Source: Candidatus Omnitrophota bacterium (lineage in GTDB: Bacteria > Omnitrophota > Gorgyraeia > 2-02-FULL-51-18). From it: 64,000 nucleotides of DNA. Under the pieces are notes generated by a model that was not told the origin of the DNA, made no database searches, and saw nothing but the letters and a program-made list of their open reading frames with translations. This document shows positions 47,398 through 60,000 of the stretch, piece after piece; position 1 is the first letter of the stretch, and every line of letters begins with the position of its first letter. The DNA lies in the NCBI GenBank assembly GCA_945877765.1, contig CAMDWQ010000009.1, forward strand, positions 7,409 through 71,408, written 5' to 3'. The translations under genes were made by a program, and so were the position numbers.

Positions 47398-47653
47398 TCA
47401 TCGCCGCCTGCTTGTGGTCTTCCCCGAGCCAGATTCGTAATTTGTCGTTGCGTTTATAATCGCTGATCATGCCCTGTTTGACAACCACACGGTAATCGCG
47501 GTTACCGATCGTATTCTTGAGCACATTGCGGATCACCAACGTATTTTTGGTGTAATCAATCGTCCCCACGCGGCCCTCCAAATCCGGTTCATCCGCCCAG
47601 GCAAAAGACGTCAAAAGTAAAAACCCCGCCAAGAATAATAAATATTTTTTCAT
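47378..47653 (-). CDS. small secreted protein, hypothetical
   Basis: About 91 aa starting at MKKYLLFLAGFLLLTSFAWA (signal peptide). The upstream part of the ORF-track call overlaps the GT2 gene. Confidence 0.3.
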   Translation of the reverse strand: MKKYLLFLAGFLLLTSFAWADEPDLEGRVGTIDYTKNTLVIRNVLKNTIGNRDYRVVVKQGMISDYKRNDKLRIWLGEDHKQAAMIERVSR

Positions 47654-48600
47654 CGGGCTTCCTTTATTTTGGGTAAAAATAAAATGTTCTTGAGCACAAT
47701 ATAGCACAAAAAGCGGACGAGCGCGAAGGGTCGGGTCAGCGTTTCCAGCAGCACCGTCCACTGCCGCTCATCTAGTTTTTTCCCAAACGCCAAAGCTTTG
47801 GAAAGCTGTCTTTGTCTTTCTGCCTTTTGTCCCGGGTTACCTTCGCTCCTATTTTTTATCTCCAAGGACTGATGGAGCCTGAGCAAAAACCCGTGCAATT
47901 TCCACAAAACTTTTTTATCCGCGCGGCCAAAACCATGACTTAATCGGTGAATACGCCAACGGCACAAAAACTCAGGGATCATGTAAAAGGACGTCCGCAA
48001 ACTCAGATGAGCCAGGATCCACCAGTCCTTGTTGGAACGCATTGTTTCTAGCGGCGGTATTCCGTCCAAGAGTTCTTTTCGAACAATAAAATGAGAAAAC
48101 GAAGCCACAGGATTGCGTTTTAAAAAAACAGAAAAAAGATCCACCGGACGCCCCATCGGGATCCCCGCCGCATTCGCCAACTCATAAATTTTCCAATAGA
48201 TGACTCCTCGAAACCAACCAAAGGGCCTGTAGCGGGAAAAAACCACACCGACTTCCTGATTTTCTTCCAAGATTTTCATTTTTTTTTCAAGATTCCGCGG
48301 ATGCCAAACGTCATCCGACTCCAAAAAAGCCACCACTTCTCCACGGGCGTGCTTTAAAGCTTCCCGGTAGGTGCTAGCCAAGCCAAGATTTCGGCAGCCC
48401 TCATGCGTCAAGACGCGCATCTTGCCAGGATACTGTGATGCGTAGTCTCTTAAAAAATCCAGCGATCCGTCGGTAGAGCCGTCATCGACAACAAGCAGTT
48501 CAAAATCGCGGTACGTCTGGGCCATCACCGAGTCGAGTGCTTGGCCAACATAGCGGCGGTAATTATAGCTAGGTAGGATGACGCTGACAGACGGGTTCAT
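47650..48600 (-). CDS. family-2 glycosyltransferase
   Basis: VSVILPSYNYRRYVGQALDSVMAQTYRDFELLVVDDGSTDGS and a DxD-type ESDD motif. Confidence 0.85.
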   Translation of the reverse strand: MNPSVSVILPSYNYRRYVGQALDSVMAQTYRDFELLVVDDGSTDGSLDFLRDYASQYPGKMRVLTHEGCRNLGLASTYREALKHARGEVVAFLESDDVWHPRNLEKKMKILEENQEVGVVFSRYRPFGWFRGVIYWKIYELANAAGIPMGRPVDLFSVFLKRNPVASFSHFIVRKELLDGIPPLETMRSNKDWWILAHLSLRTSFYMIPEFLCRWRIHRLSHGFGRADKKVLWKLHGFLLRLHQSLEIKNRSEGNPGQKAERQRQLSKALAFGKKLDERQWTVLLETLTRPFALVRFLCYIVLKNILFLPKIKEAR

Positions 48601-49607
48601 CGGAAAGCCATGCCTCTTCTCTTAAAAAATCCGGATAAGGAAAAAATAAAGCCCGACATCATCCCCAAAAACATCACTTGGGAATCCACTAATTTTAAAA
48701 CCGCCGCTTTTATCTGAAATACAACTCCCCGCCCCCGCATCCCTTCCAAAAATGGCAGCCAATGAATATAAAATAAGCTGACAAGAATAAACGCCGCCCC
48801 CGCCAAGGGCAATGAATGAAAAACCAGAGCACCCAAACCGCAAATAAACGCCCCAGCCGCCCCCGCCATCGCCGCCGTCTGACCCAGTGACGCGTGAGAA
48901 AAGCTCCTTTTCTTACAAATCTGCCCAAATCCCCCATAGCGTACAAACATCAGCGAAAATAAAAACGGAATGACGAAATCATTTTTTAAAAGGCTTCTCA
49001 TCGTGTACTTTTTTAAATGATCCACTTCCAGTGTGTGGTCCAGGATCACTTTTTTATCACGTCGGGCAAACCGAATCCCCGCCTCAGAGTCACTCACCAG
49101 ACTCCCAAAAGGCTGGGTGATAGGTCTAAAAAAAATCATTTCCTCTCTTCGGACAGCCCACAGCGATCCATAGAGAAAAGAGGACTCCGAGGGCTGCTTC
49201 AAAAAAACATGTCGCATGTAGAAATTTTTGTAATCCGAAAAAAAGGAGCCTGTGGGTTTGTCCGAGGAAAGGATTCCGGTCAAAGCATGAACCGCAGGGT
49301 CCTGAAAATTTCTTAGAATTTTTTCAAAAGTATCGGGGCGCACACACACATCCGCATCAACAAAAACTAAAATGGGATACCGCGCGGCCCTCGCCCCCGC
49401 AAATCGCGGCTCCATGGGTCCTGAGCGCAGCGCCACGGGAATAATTTGACAGGGAAAACCCGCGGCGATTTCACGCGTTGCATCCGTCGAAGCATCATCG
49501 ACAACTAGGACTTCCCCCGGAGCGGCCGAGGAAGCAAAGATTGCCTCAAGACTTGCTTTCATTGTCCCCTGCATATTTCGGGCTGGGATGATGACTGAAA
49601 AACTCAT
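48597..49607 (-). CDS. family-2 glycosyltransferase with C-terminal TM helices
   Basis: FSVIIPARNMQGTMKASLEAIFASSAAPGEVLVVDDASTDAT, a DAD motif and about 4 C-terminal TM helices. Confidence 0.8.
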   Translation of the reverse strand: MSFSVIIPARNMQGTMKASLEAIFASSAAPGEVLVVDDASTDATREIAAGFPCQIIPVALRSGPMEPRFAGARAARYPILVFVDADVCVRPDTFEKILRNFQDPAVHALTGILSSDKPTGSFFSDYKNFYMRHVFLKQPSESSFLYGSLWAVRREEMIFFRPITQPFGSLVSDSEAGIRFARRDKKVILDHTLEVDHLKKYTMRSLLKNDFVIPFLFSLMFVRYGGFGQICKKRSFSHASLGQTAAMAGAAGAFICGLGALVFHSLPLAGAAFILVSLFYIHWLPFLEGMRGRGVVFQIKAAVLKLVDSQVMFLGMMSGFIFSLSGFFKRRGMAFR

Positions 49608-51022
49608 GCGCTTTCCGCCGTCCATTCTTCCAGGTGCGCCTTTTCGGTATTGACGCTCCAGACATCCTGCGGATTTTTCCCCATATAATTACGTGCCGCA
49701 TATAAACCAGTCAAAATCGCGTGATCGCTGTTGTCATAGCGAAAAAGCCCCTCGCGGCCCATGAGACTTAAGTTTTCGATGTTCTCCACAAAATTGCGGA
49801 TGGTGTTTAGATGTTTTTGGTACTCAGGGCTGTAAACCGGATAGACGTTGGCAATTTTTACCACAAATCCTTTGACGTACCGCGCGGGGGCAACCAGCCC
49901 CATCTCTTCAAGTTCCATCAGAGCCAATTGAATCATATCCTCATTTGAAAAATTCCAAAGGCCCTCGCCTTCATTCACAAAATATTCGACCCCCAGCGTC
50001 GTCCAGTCGGGGTTTGAGACCATCTCCATGCTCCAATTTTTATAATTTTGAATGCGGCCGGCCCTGATGCCGGGAGAATGCACGTAAATCCAGTTGTCCG
50101 GGAAAATATTTTTTTGGTCAAAAATGAGATTCACGACCATGAAACTGCGAAATTTGAGTTGACGCGAAGCTTCGAGCACTTCTGGGGGAGGCAGCGGCTT
50201 CATTTTTTGAATTAAAAGGGTGATGGGGATGCTTGAAAAAAGATGACTGACGGGATTGACGCGCAATTCCCCGCCTGGGCCCGCGGCGGTCACCTCCGTG
50301 ATCCGGTTGCCTTCCCGGCGAATCTCCTCGGCGCGGCAATTCATGAGAAATTCGGTGCCGCTTTCTTCACATAAGTTTTTCCACCGGTCGCAAAAAAGTC
50401 CGGGACCTAGCCGCGGATACAGAAATTCTTCGCTGAGAGTTTTGGGGGTGGGGCCGAAACTGCCAAAAGCTTTAAGAACCGCTTTCCCCAAAGAGAGACT
50501 TTGAATTCTCTGCACGGCCCAATCACTGGAAAGCTCACGGCAGGGAATCCCCCACACCTTTTCGGTATAGGTTTTAAAAAAAATCTCATACAGTCTTTTA
50601 CCAAAGCGGCGAGTCATCCACCCTTCGAAATGGCTGTCATCCCCAGCCTTTGACCACCGGGAGAATAAATAACTGGCTAGACAGCGGACGCTCTCGGTAA
50701 ATCCTAACGTTGTCGTGGCATTTAAAAGATTGAGCGGGTAATTAAAAAACCGGTCGCGGTAATAGATCCGTGATTTACGCTTAACCAGCAAAAGATCCGG
50801 CCCCAGAATACGGCGCCAGAGCTCGTTGACTTCACGGCTTTTGGAAATAAAACGATGACCGCCGATATCAAACAACGAGCCTTCAAATTCAAGCGTGCGG
50901 CACAACCCACCCGCCTGCTCGTTTTTGTCCATTACCAGGGGTTGGATGCCGTTGGCACAAAGTTCGTGAGCACAGGCCAACCCTGCCGGACCTGCACCTA
51001 AGATTAAAGGATTGGATTTCAA
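49604..51022 (-). CDS. FAD/NAD(P)-binding oxidoreductase (amine-oxidase/phytoene-desaturase-like fold)
   Basis: N-terminal dinucleotide motif ILGAGPAGLACAHEL...VMDKNEQAGGLCRT in a 472-aa protein. Confidence 0.7.
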   Translation of the reverse strand: MKSNPLILGAGPAGLACAHELCANGIQPLVMDKNEQAGGLCRTLEFEGSLFDIGGHRFISKSREVNELWRRILGPDLLLVKRKSRIYYRDRFFNYPLNLLNATTTLGFTESVRCLASYLFSRWSKAGDDSHFEGWMTRRFGKRLYEIFFKTYTEKVWGIPCRELSSDWAVQRIQSLSLGKAVLKAFGSFGPTPKTLSEEFLYPRLGPGLFCDRWKNLCEESGTEFLMNCRAEEIRREGNRITEVTAAGPGGELRVNPVSHLFSSIPITLLIQKMKPLPPPEVLEASRQLKFRSFMVVNLIFDQKNIFPDNWIYVHSPGIRAGRIQNYKNWSMEMVSNPDWTTLGVEYFVNEGEGLWNFSNEDMIQLALMELEEMGLVAPARYVKGFVVKIANVYPVYSPEYQKHLNTIRNFVENIENLSLMGREGLFRYDNSDHAILTGLYAARNYMGKNPQDVWSVNTEKAHLEEWTAESA

Positions 51023-51089
51023 AAGGTTTCTCCCGCTTCAACTTATCCCAAAGCAAAATCCTCCGCAACACATTTTACTGCGCGGGGTC

Positions 51090-54000
51090 TTAGGCGGCTT
51101 GCTCGGCCATGCGGGCGGTCATGTTGTAGGCACTGACGATATTAGCCACATTCAAGCAGTGAATGGCCAGTCGTTGGACGATGTCGGGGGTGAGTCCCAC
51201 GCCTTGCACGAAATTCAAGAATTCGACTGGGGCCGCGGCGGAGACGTCAGACCCCAGGGCCTGGAAAATTTCTCTTAACCGTTGCTGGTTACGTGGATGC
51301 TTTATTCCCTCTTTTCCTATTTCCGCTTCCGCGATTAATCCATGAATCAAAGCATCGAAATTGAGAAAACCTCTTTGGGTGGGGACCTGAATAATCAGAT
51401 GGAGCCTGTCTTGGCTAAGAATACGAATATTTTTAGGGTCCATCGCCTCCAACGAAGCGCTCTTCATCGATTTAATATTTGATGGAGCTTTTTTCAAAAT
51501 AAATGTCTGTGAAGGATACAGCGCCTCTGCGCGGTCCATAATTTTTTTCCTATTTTTTGGCGTGATTCCAACGATCTGAAAATAGACGTTGAATTTAGTT
51601 GCCTTGTGCATGGCGTTCACGAGCGCGTGGGTAAAAAGCTCATCCGTGGGTAATTTTTTTTGACTCATAAGTCCTTTGAGATTGATAATCAAAAATTTAG
51701 ACTCAGGCGTGATTAGAGATTCGGTGAGACTCCGGACTTTGTTGGTTTGCTCGGCGAGTTTGTTCTTTAGCTCCAGCTGAGAAAGAAGCTCGTCTTGGGA
51801 GAGCATCAACGTCGCGTCTATATTTTGACCTTTACGATTTCTTGTGATGATGGCTTTGTAATTCCTCAAGACAACCTCCATAGAGTCTTCAAAATAAAGA
51901 CGGAGAATCTTGGCATCATGGTCCAAAGTGAATCGCAGGGTCTGGTCTCCTATCACGAGGCTTCCTTCCACAAAATCACGGCGAGCACTAATAATGGCTT
52001 GGGCGGCGAAAACGAGCCTGTCGTGACGTTCAATGGTGCCGTTGGCATAAATGGTTGGTGCGAATTGCATGGTCGCCTTTAGCGCCCCCAAATGACGGGT
52101 AGGAGCTTCGGATGCCAACCGTGCCGCGTCTCGATATTCAACATACGATGATGTGCCTATTCCCCTGCCTTCAAATGTTAAAGGTATGCTGTGATATTCC
52201 CAAAATGAGAAATCCTTTACCTCTTTATTTACAAACGTGCCACGGGGATGATACTCCTCTATTTCTGGAAAAGCGGTATCTAGGACTTCCATCTTCTGCA
52301 AATGTCTCTCCTGGCGGTTGAACTGAATTCTGATGACTATCGGGAGTCTATAATTCCTCTTATTCCCATGGTCTAAAGCATTTCTTAACATCTCTTTGAG
52401 GATATAAGTTGCCCCGAAAGCGGAGTGGTCACCCGGGTTTTCTTTTATCAAAATATCTTCTATTGCCCTTGCAAGATAATAGAAGCGCGAAGACTCCGCA
52501 TCGTGCCCACTAAGCCTAGAGCGATCTTCTATGTGAGAAAGATCAATCCATAGCGGCTGCTCATTTTTAATGGCATCACTTAAAGCCTCTTTATCGACCG
52601 GCGATGACAGATCTATTTTTATTAATTTCGTATTTCTTGCCACATATTCTAATAGTGCCTTAGAGGACGTCTGTTCTTCCCTCTTTTTTTTGTCATACTC
52701 CACTAGCCTTGTTTGAATACTAAAATTACTTTTTGTCAAAAGTTTATCCCGCACGATGATTGGAAGCTGTACGCTGTCATCAGGCACTACAAAACGTAGA
52801 TTAACCTTACCCCCTTCAATCTTCGTAAAAAGCATTGTGATTTGTTCTAAAATAGGGGTCTTTCCCCGGATTGCGATTGTATCTTTTGGGGTGGGGTGAT
52901 TTTCAAGAAGTATCCGTGAAACTTTATTCCAATCAGGACTTTCTGGTCCATTGGAAGTCTGAACCACAATGTAATTACCAGCCGCATTGATCTTGTCCAC
53001 ACGGACCTGCACCAAGTTGTGACTTTCTTGATCATAGACCCATATTAACTCGCCTTCATTGGCAGGCATCCAAATCGGTGTGGTTGCCAACCGGGCACCA
53101 TTCGGATCCCCGCTGAGGCTTTGCTCATCGGTTGCTGCAACACGTGACCCTTGGCCTGCGGGGCTCTCTCGGGATAGATGTTCTAGCGCAACAGCGACGT
53201 CGTTCGTCACAACAACAGCTGCTGTTGGGTATAACTTAAGAAAGTTTTTAAGTAATGTTGCTCTTTCGTCGTCATCCGTAATTCGGTTGATCCTAGCCAA
53301 CTCTTGATTAGCTGCGGAAGAAACATCTGCCAAATCAGGGTAGCTAGGATACAGATCAATGCTGGTGATCGTACCTCCCAAATTTAGAAGTGTGGGCAAT
53401 AGCGGTGAATTTCTTCCTATGGATCCAACCTGAGCAGTTGACTTGCTAAGATTCGCAGATAGAGCCGCCTTTAATGCGTAGTGATACAACATTTTAAACA
53501 ATGCGTGTCCTTTATAATCATCCGATCTTGCTAGTGAGGCATTGCCCAATATTCTCTGCTGTTCATCCATAATGATTATTATCCCCACAAAATATGCTAT
53601 CAACTTTCCTTTATCATCACGAATCACAAAACTAATAGAACTAGGCCTACTAGCCAATTCTGCAATGCGTAAGGGTTCCATTCCCGTCGGCGGAAGACTC
53701 TGGATTTCTTCTGCTTTGAGAATATTTTTTCCCCCTACTCTCTCTAGGACCAAATCATGCTTTTCTCCATCTTTTACTATGCTAAATCGGTGAGGGAGTA
53801 GCCCTGTGAATGCATTGTCTATCAGAGATTGATCGTTCTGGAAACATATCATCTCAATCTCATTGACGTATTTCCTGAATTTATCACCGTAACCTGCATA
53901 CCTATCGTTATCTGCATACTTATAAAGAGCATCATTATCCGCTAAAAACCTTTCCATAATATTCAAGGCTGCATCTACATTCGTATTACCGATAGGGTAT

Positions 54001-57000
54001 CTAGCCACCAGACGGGTTGAAGAGCTACGATCAGGCAGAGCCATGATATTTCTCTGAATACTTAGATCAGCTATAACCCCATTGTCTTGGCTAATAAATA
54101 AACTCACCCCAAGATTTCTTTTAATTTTGCGTGCTATGGATACTATTCTTCCCGCCGGGTTCATGTCTGATATAGATTGATGATCGAAATTAACCAATCT
54201 GGCTGTTTCTTCCTCTGAGATTGCCAACCGCGCGCCGACCAAATCGTGTTGAGCGTCTTCCCCGTTTGTCCGAATCTTTTTGAGACTGGTCAGAAACAAA
54301 AATCTCTTCTCTGGTGGGATCGTACGCATCACTGATTCTGCGATAGACAACACTCTGGCTCGATAGTCACTATCCATGTCATTGAGCGCTAACAAAAGAC
54401 TATCCAAAACCACGGGTGTCCGATATTTAGCCAAATCATGAAGGCGTTGCCTCACCAATTCGGTCACGTGCAATTCATCCGGCCCGTGAGCTAATTCCTT
54501 TAATAGGTACAGCAATTCCCGTGGCTCAACATTCGATCTGAGCGAGTTGGACAGCCGCATCGACCGTGGTAATACTTGAATTAGCTGATAGTCTTCCAGG
54601 CTCCGGCCATTGGGGCTAGTTCGCATGCTTGAGTCGATTGTCCTTTGATTTATAAAAAAATCCTTGTTTTGGCCAAAGCCATAATTAGACTCATCCGCAT
54701 GGATCGTTTGCCAGGCTAGCAGGTATCCGCCCGTAAGAGGAATACTCTCATTCACCATTCGAAGCCTATCCCTCGTATCTTTCACCGGTCCCATGTCAGG
54801 CACGATCACCAGAGACGGCCTAGTCTCTTCCGAAGCATAAGACAGACCTCCGGGCTTGAGAAAATCAACAACCTCCACCGAAAACTGGGCCGGTGGAATT
54901 CCAAGCTCGACAGCCGCCCGATCAAGAAGTGCGGCCTTTTCCCGCTCCTCTGGAAGCAAAAGAAATCTTATGCTCTTTTCCGAAAGCGCAAGACCCAAAG
55001 CCAGTAAGCCAGCACCCTTGCCGCCGCCAAGAATTAGCACTTCTTTCGTTGTTGCTTCTGGTAATTTGAGAATAGTTTCCAATGCTTCTCCTCTTGAAAA
55101 GTTGGCATCGTCATCAAATTCGAATATTTCTAATTTGTCCACCCCAACCACTTTCCGAATTTTTTCAATATATTCTTTGCCAATCACATCTATAGGCTTC
55201 ATCACTTCTGCGACTTTTTTTAGATACTCAGCCATCATTGATTCACGTAATTCGTTGAGTCTCGCATCAAGACTTTCAATCCTCTGGACTATTTTTTTAG
55301 CTTTTGTGAGCACTTCAGCTTCATTTTGATATCTTTCAAGCTCAGGGATAGAATTTGCAATTTGAACTCCCTCTTCACGTGCCGCCGTAACCTGCTGGCC
55401 AAAAAGCAAAATATTTTGATTGGATACGTCACGAAGAGAGATCTGCTGCCAGCTTGAAAGATTACGTAACGCATCATTTTGTGAGGAAGTCATTCTTTCT
55501 AGATGACGGCTTGTAAGATGACTCACGAGCATGATGACTTCTGCTTTTACATCCTCCCATTGGGCTGTTTTAAACCAGTAAGCACGGCCAACTTTATAAT
55601 CTAAATGCCACTCAATCGTATCTAATAAATAAGCAAGAAAAACACTTGCTCTTAATGGAACTTCAAGCTCGTGGTTGACCGGTAATCCTCTGTCTTCAAC
55701 TGGAATTAAATAGTCAGCGTTCTTGACGGCAATAAAGTCACCGAATGCCGTTGGTTCATTCGCATAATAACGAATGGAAAAACCATTTCTCATAAAAGGA
55801 TCTGGGATTGACGTAGAAGTAACATAAGCGCCTTCAGGCTTAAGCATTTGCTTAATTGAGGCTACCCATATATCTAAAATCAAAAATTTCATCTCAACTA
55901 AAGGCAGTCCCGCGAAAGAAGGCAAGGTTTCATCTATAACACTATTGGACATAATCAAATCAAACGATCCAGTCATATCACTTAGCGAGGATTGAATAAA
56001 ATTTACTTTTAAGATAAGTGCTTTTTTTAAATCATCGGCACCCGCCCAAACTGAAAGTTCATTTCTCATGCCTTCAAACATCCCATCAGACAGGTCGATC
56101 ACCGTCAATGATTGCATCTTCGGTAATGCGATCAATATAGAAATGATTTCTTTAGCATTTTTACCAGGTCCTATAAGAAGAAGATCTCCCGTTTGGATAG
56201 GATGACGATAGGGCTCCTTAAGATCCGAAAGGAGGTTGGTAATCTGAAGCGCAAATGTATTTTCAAGGCTTTCTTCTTCCGCCAACCGCGCGCCACCCTT
56301 ATTCCGAATACTGGCTTGCTCACTCGACAAATCAAGATCCGCGCGAACAAAAAATTTATCGACAAGTGCTTCTACGACTAAATTTTCAGATTCAGAAAAC
56401 ACACCCCACTGGCTTCCACCAACAAAAGACTGTAAGAAAGGAAGTGATTTTGGAAACCAGACCGTTGCCTCTCCTGATGGGCTAACGATCATCTCAGGTG
56501 CTCCGCTATAGGAAATCTCTGTTATATCAACGGTTGATGGGTAAAGATTTCCATTGGGGTGAAAATGCATCCCAAATACCAACGGGTTATTCTTGGCCGG
56601 TTCGAAGAGGCAACCAATAAAATCACTTTCACTTCTAATCACCGTGCCCTTCCACTCGCCTCTTAGATTGAAATAAAAGTTGGTTTGAGCGGATGTTGCT
56701 GTTTCCGTTTCATCAACCATATCCAAAGCCCACGATTGTGCATTGAAATAAAATGAGCTTCTTCGCTCCAGAGGAAGGTGATTCACAGCATCACCAAGTC
56801 CGTAATGCCTAAACAAATCTCCGGGTGTGGTTTCGATCCCTGGGTTTTCAGGTATTAGATCTAATCCAAAAAATTGCTCCTGAGAGATACTGATCTTTTC
56901 TAACATAGTAGGTATTGAGTATTTCATTATGAGCTCATCTCTATAATTCTTAAAATATCCATTACGAAGATTGAAAGTAAAAATACGCGCACTCTTGTCA

Positions 57001-60000
57001 TCAAGACTCAATCGTGCTTTATCATCTATCCTATAGATCTCATACAAAGAATTAAAACTCAGAAAGCTGAGTTGTCTCCGCTGGGCATTAATAGCGTCAA
57101 TAATGGGGGTATGACGAAGAATAAGTTCTCTTAATCTGTTAACCTTCTCTTGCGAATCACTTATCAACAAAACTGACTCTGTCTCTTCTGTGTCGATTGG
57201 AATCGCAGAGGCCAGCCGGGCGCCTATATCACCGGACACAGTTGAGTGGAGACCTGATTCGGCATCGCTGTCTTTTTTCCTGAGGATCTCATAAATCACC
57301 CAGTCTTGATAATTTCTAAAAGAGATACGCTCTCTTTGGTGAACCTCAAAACCGCCAAATGCTTGGGTCAGTGACTCTAAGGTAGGGATGGCATACTCAA
57401 TGAATTTGAAATCGGTTAGAACCTCTTCATGAGAAGTATCCAGCGTCGTAATAATAATCCGTCCATTTTTAGCCAAGTGCCCAAGGATGTTTGGGATCAA
57501 TTTATCCGGATTCATGTGTCCATAAGAATCTGCAAGCAGAATAACGTCAAACGGATCCCCTAAATCAAAGGGATCTTCGGCGCTCTGCTGTAGGACGGGG
57601 ACGCGTCTGATTTGCGTAAAAAGCGCTTGCCGCCTATTCAGCTCGATTGCATGCACCACATGCCCTGGCGGCTCTTCCATCAATTCTTTTTCGATAATGC
57701 CGGGGCCGGATCCTATGGATAATATTCTGAGTTTTTTATTCTGCCCTGCAGTGATAATCGCCTTCAGCTTATCTCGATAGGATCTGTCTATGACCGATGG
57801 ACTAATTGCATCCCTATTGAAGAATGCTTTTCCATCAGAATTATACCGATTATATAATTCATTTTTGTTTGACGGTGATTCCGCCAACCGCGCGGCGACC
57901 TGATCCGTCAGCGCTTTCTGAGCCTCCAACACCCGGCGCAGCGTTTCCTTTAAATCAGGATTCATAGCGTCCGAGATCTGAGGGCTAAACATCCCCAACA
58001 CTCCCACTCGCTTGCCTTCGGAGTCATAGAAACGCAGTTTGGCAGTATCTACGATTATCGGCTTATCTCCGCTCTCGTTCCGCTCCGGTTTAAGGAGAGG
58101 TTCGCCACGTTCTTTTTGCAAAGCTTCCAAATCAACATCTGTGTATTGATTGGCTAGATCCAGTGGATTTTTTTCAACATAAGTTTTCCCGACCCAATCT
58201 TTTTTATCGCCATTGGTGCCATCCGACCTTCTCATCGCATCAAGAAAAGCCTGATTGATGTAAATAATGACTTGGCTTGAGGGATCCGCGAGTTCGTCAT
58301 AATAGGTGACGAAAACAGGGTGAGCTGCATCGTCAAATTGTTTGAAATCTGCTTTAAGCGGTGTCCCAAGCACGGGCTCCTTTTCTTTTTCTTTAATCCT
58401 CCTGAGAATATTAGCTTGATCCGTCTGACGCAACAACGCCTGCAGTTTCGGAATCCTATTCTTCCAAGCCACTGACCTCAGAAATGACGGCATATCCGAG
58501 TGAAAAAGACTTAACATCGCCTCGTAAATATACGGATCGCCCACCGTATACTCCGCGGCAAAATAGTTTCTAATGAACCCTCCGGGACTTTGTTCTCTCG
58601 AGTCCGCATCACCAAATTCATCAATTTTTTGGGCCAGAACATTCAATAATGGGGCCGGTGGGAAATCTATCGGTAGGATGACTGCAGATTCACCCGCAGC
58701 AGAGGCTTGGAAGGTTAGCTCGATGAAATCTCCAACGGTCTGCTGGTAATGAACAGATTTTGCTTGGACATCTTTTCTCTGTTTAAGAATTTTTAGAAAA
58801 GCTTCAATAAACGAGGCTCTGGTATCTAAATCATCATCTCGCAAGATTACATCTATATCTCTAGAGGCTCTGCTGACAGAGGGCGCATTGGCGATCCACT
58901 TCCACTCTCCTGTGTCATCCTTGCCGAACCCGCGCTCTTCCATATGGGCATACCCGGTACGCAAATATCTGGCACTTCCTCCGATCCGTGCGTGCTTATC
59001 AGCTTGTTGGATCAACTGCTCAAGAAGGCGTAGATTAATTTCCCTATTTTCGGGATCAAAAAGCCGCTCGTCCGTAGGTGAAAATGTTTCGCTTGCAGGC
59101 TTTCCGGATCGGCCGAAGGTGGGAGCGGTAGAGGCCAACCGCGCGGCGGAAGCACTAGAATTAAGATCTATCCCATGAATGGAAAATGTGGCTGTTGAAT
59201 TTGCGGCGTCTTCTTTGACGGTAATCGCACGGCCTAGGGCATTGGCACTGGTAGAAATTGGTGAATTGTTGACAAGGTCGACAACGGGTTTCTGCCGCTG
59301 GAACCATGGTTGATGCCAAGGACTAGTCACATCGACATTCAAAAGTCCCTGATCATTGGAATGAAATCGAAGTTGTATTCGTTCCTTTTTGCTCGAATGA
59401 CCAAGCGCAGCAGCCAAAAGCAACTCCAGCATTGTTTTTAGTTGCTTGAATTGACTTGGCTGACCATTGATGAGCATTGACTCCATCCCACCGTAGTCAA
59501 TGTCAATACGCCCCCGGTCTATTGGCTTAAGTCTTAAATCATCCTCAATTCTTGCAATTAGGCTAGCAAGCGTGATGGGCGAGCGCAGCTTCGATCTAAG
59601 CTCATTCAAGATAGGTTTATTTTTTTTATTTCTGATGGTTTTTAAAAAAAGTTTTATTTTTTTCTCGGACCTTGCCTTTTTAAAAATTTCCTCTATTTTT
59701 TTTAATTCAGTTGACGTTGGATGATCAAATATTTCTTCGTAAAGCGGCATAGCGTCTTGAATATTATTCGCTAAGCCCGCCGCTTCTCCGGTCAATTGAT
59801 CGATATAAAATTCAAATGGCGTCAAATAACTGTCCTTTTGCACATCCACCTCTTGGGTGGGGTATATAAATCCGTCATCAATAATCCGAATATTTTTTAA
59901 ATCAACGCGCCGCCCATCGTACACCCCGGAATTGATCAAGTGCGGGTCCGCATCAAGAAACCCTTTTTCCATCAACGATCTCTGGTGTTGGCCAAAGAGA

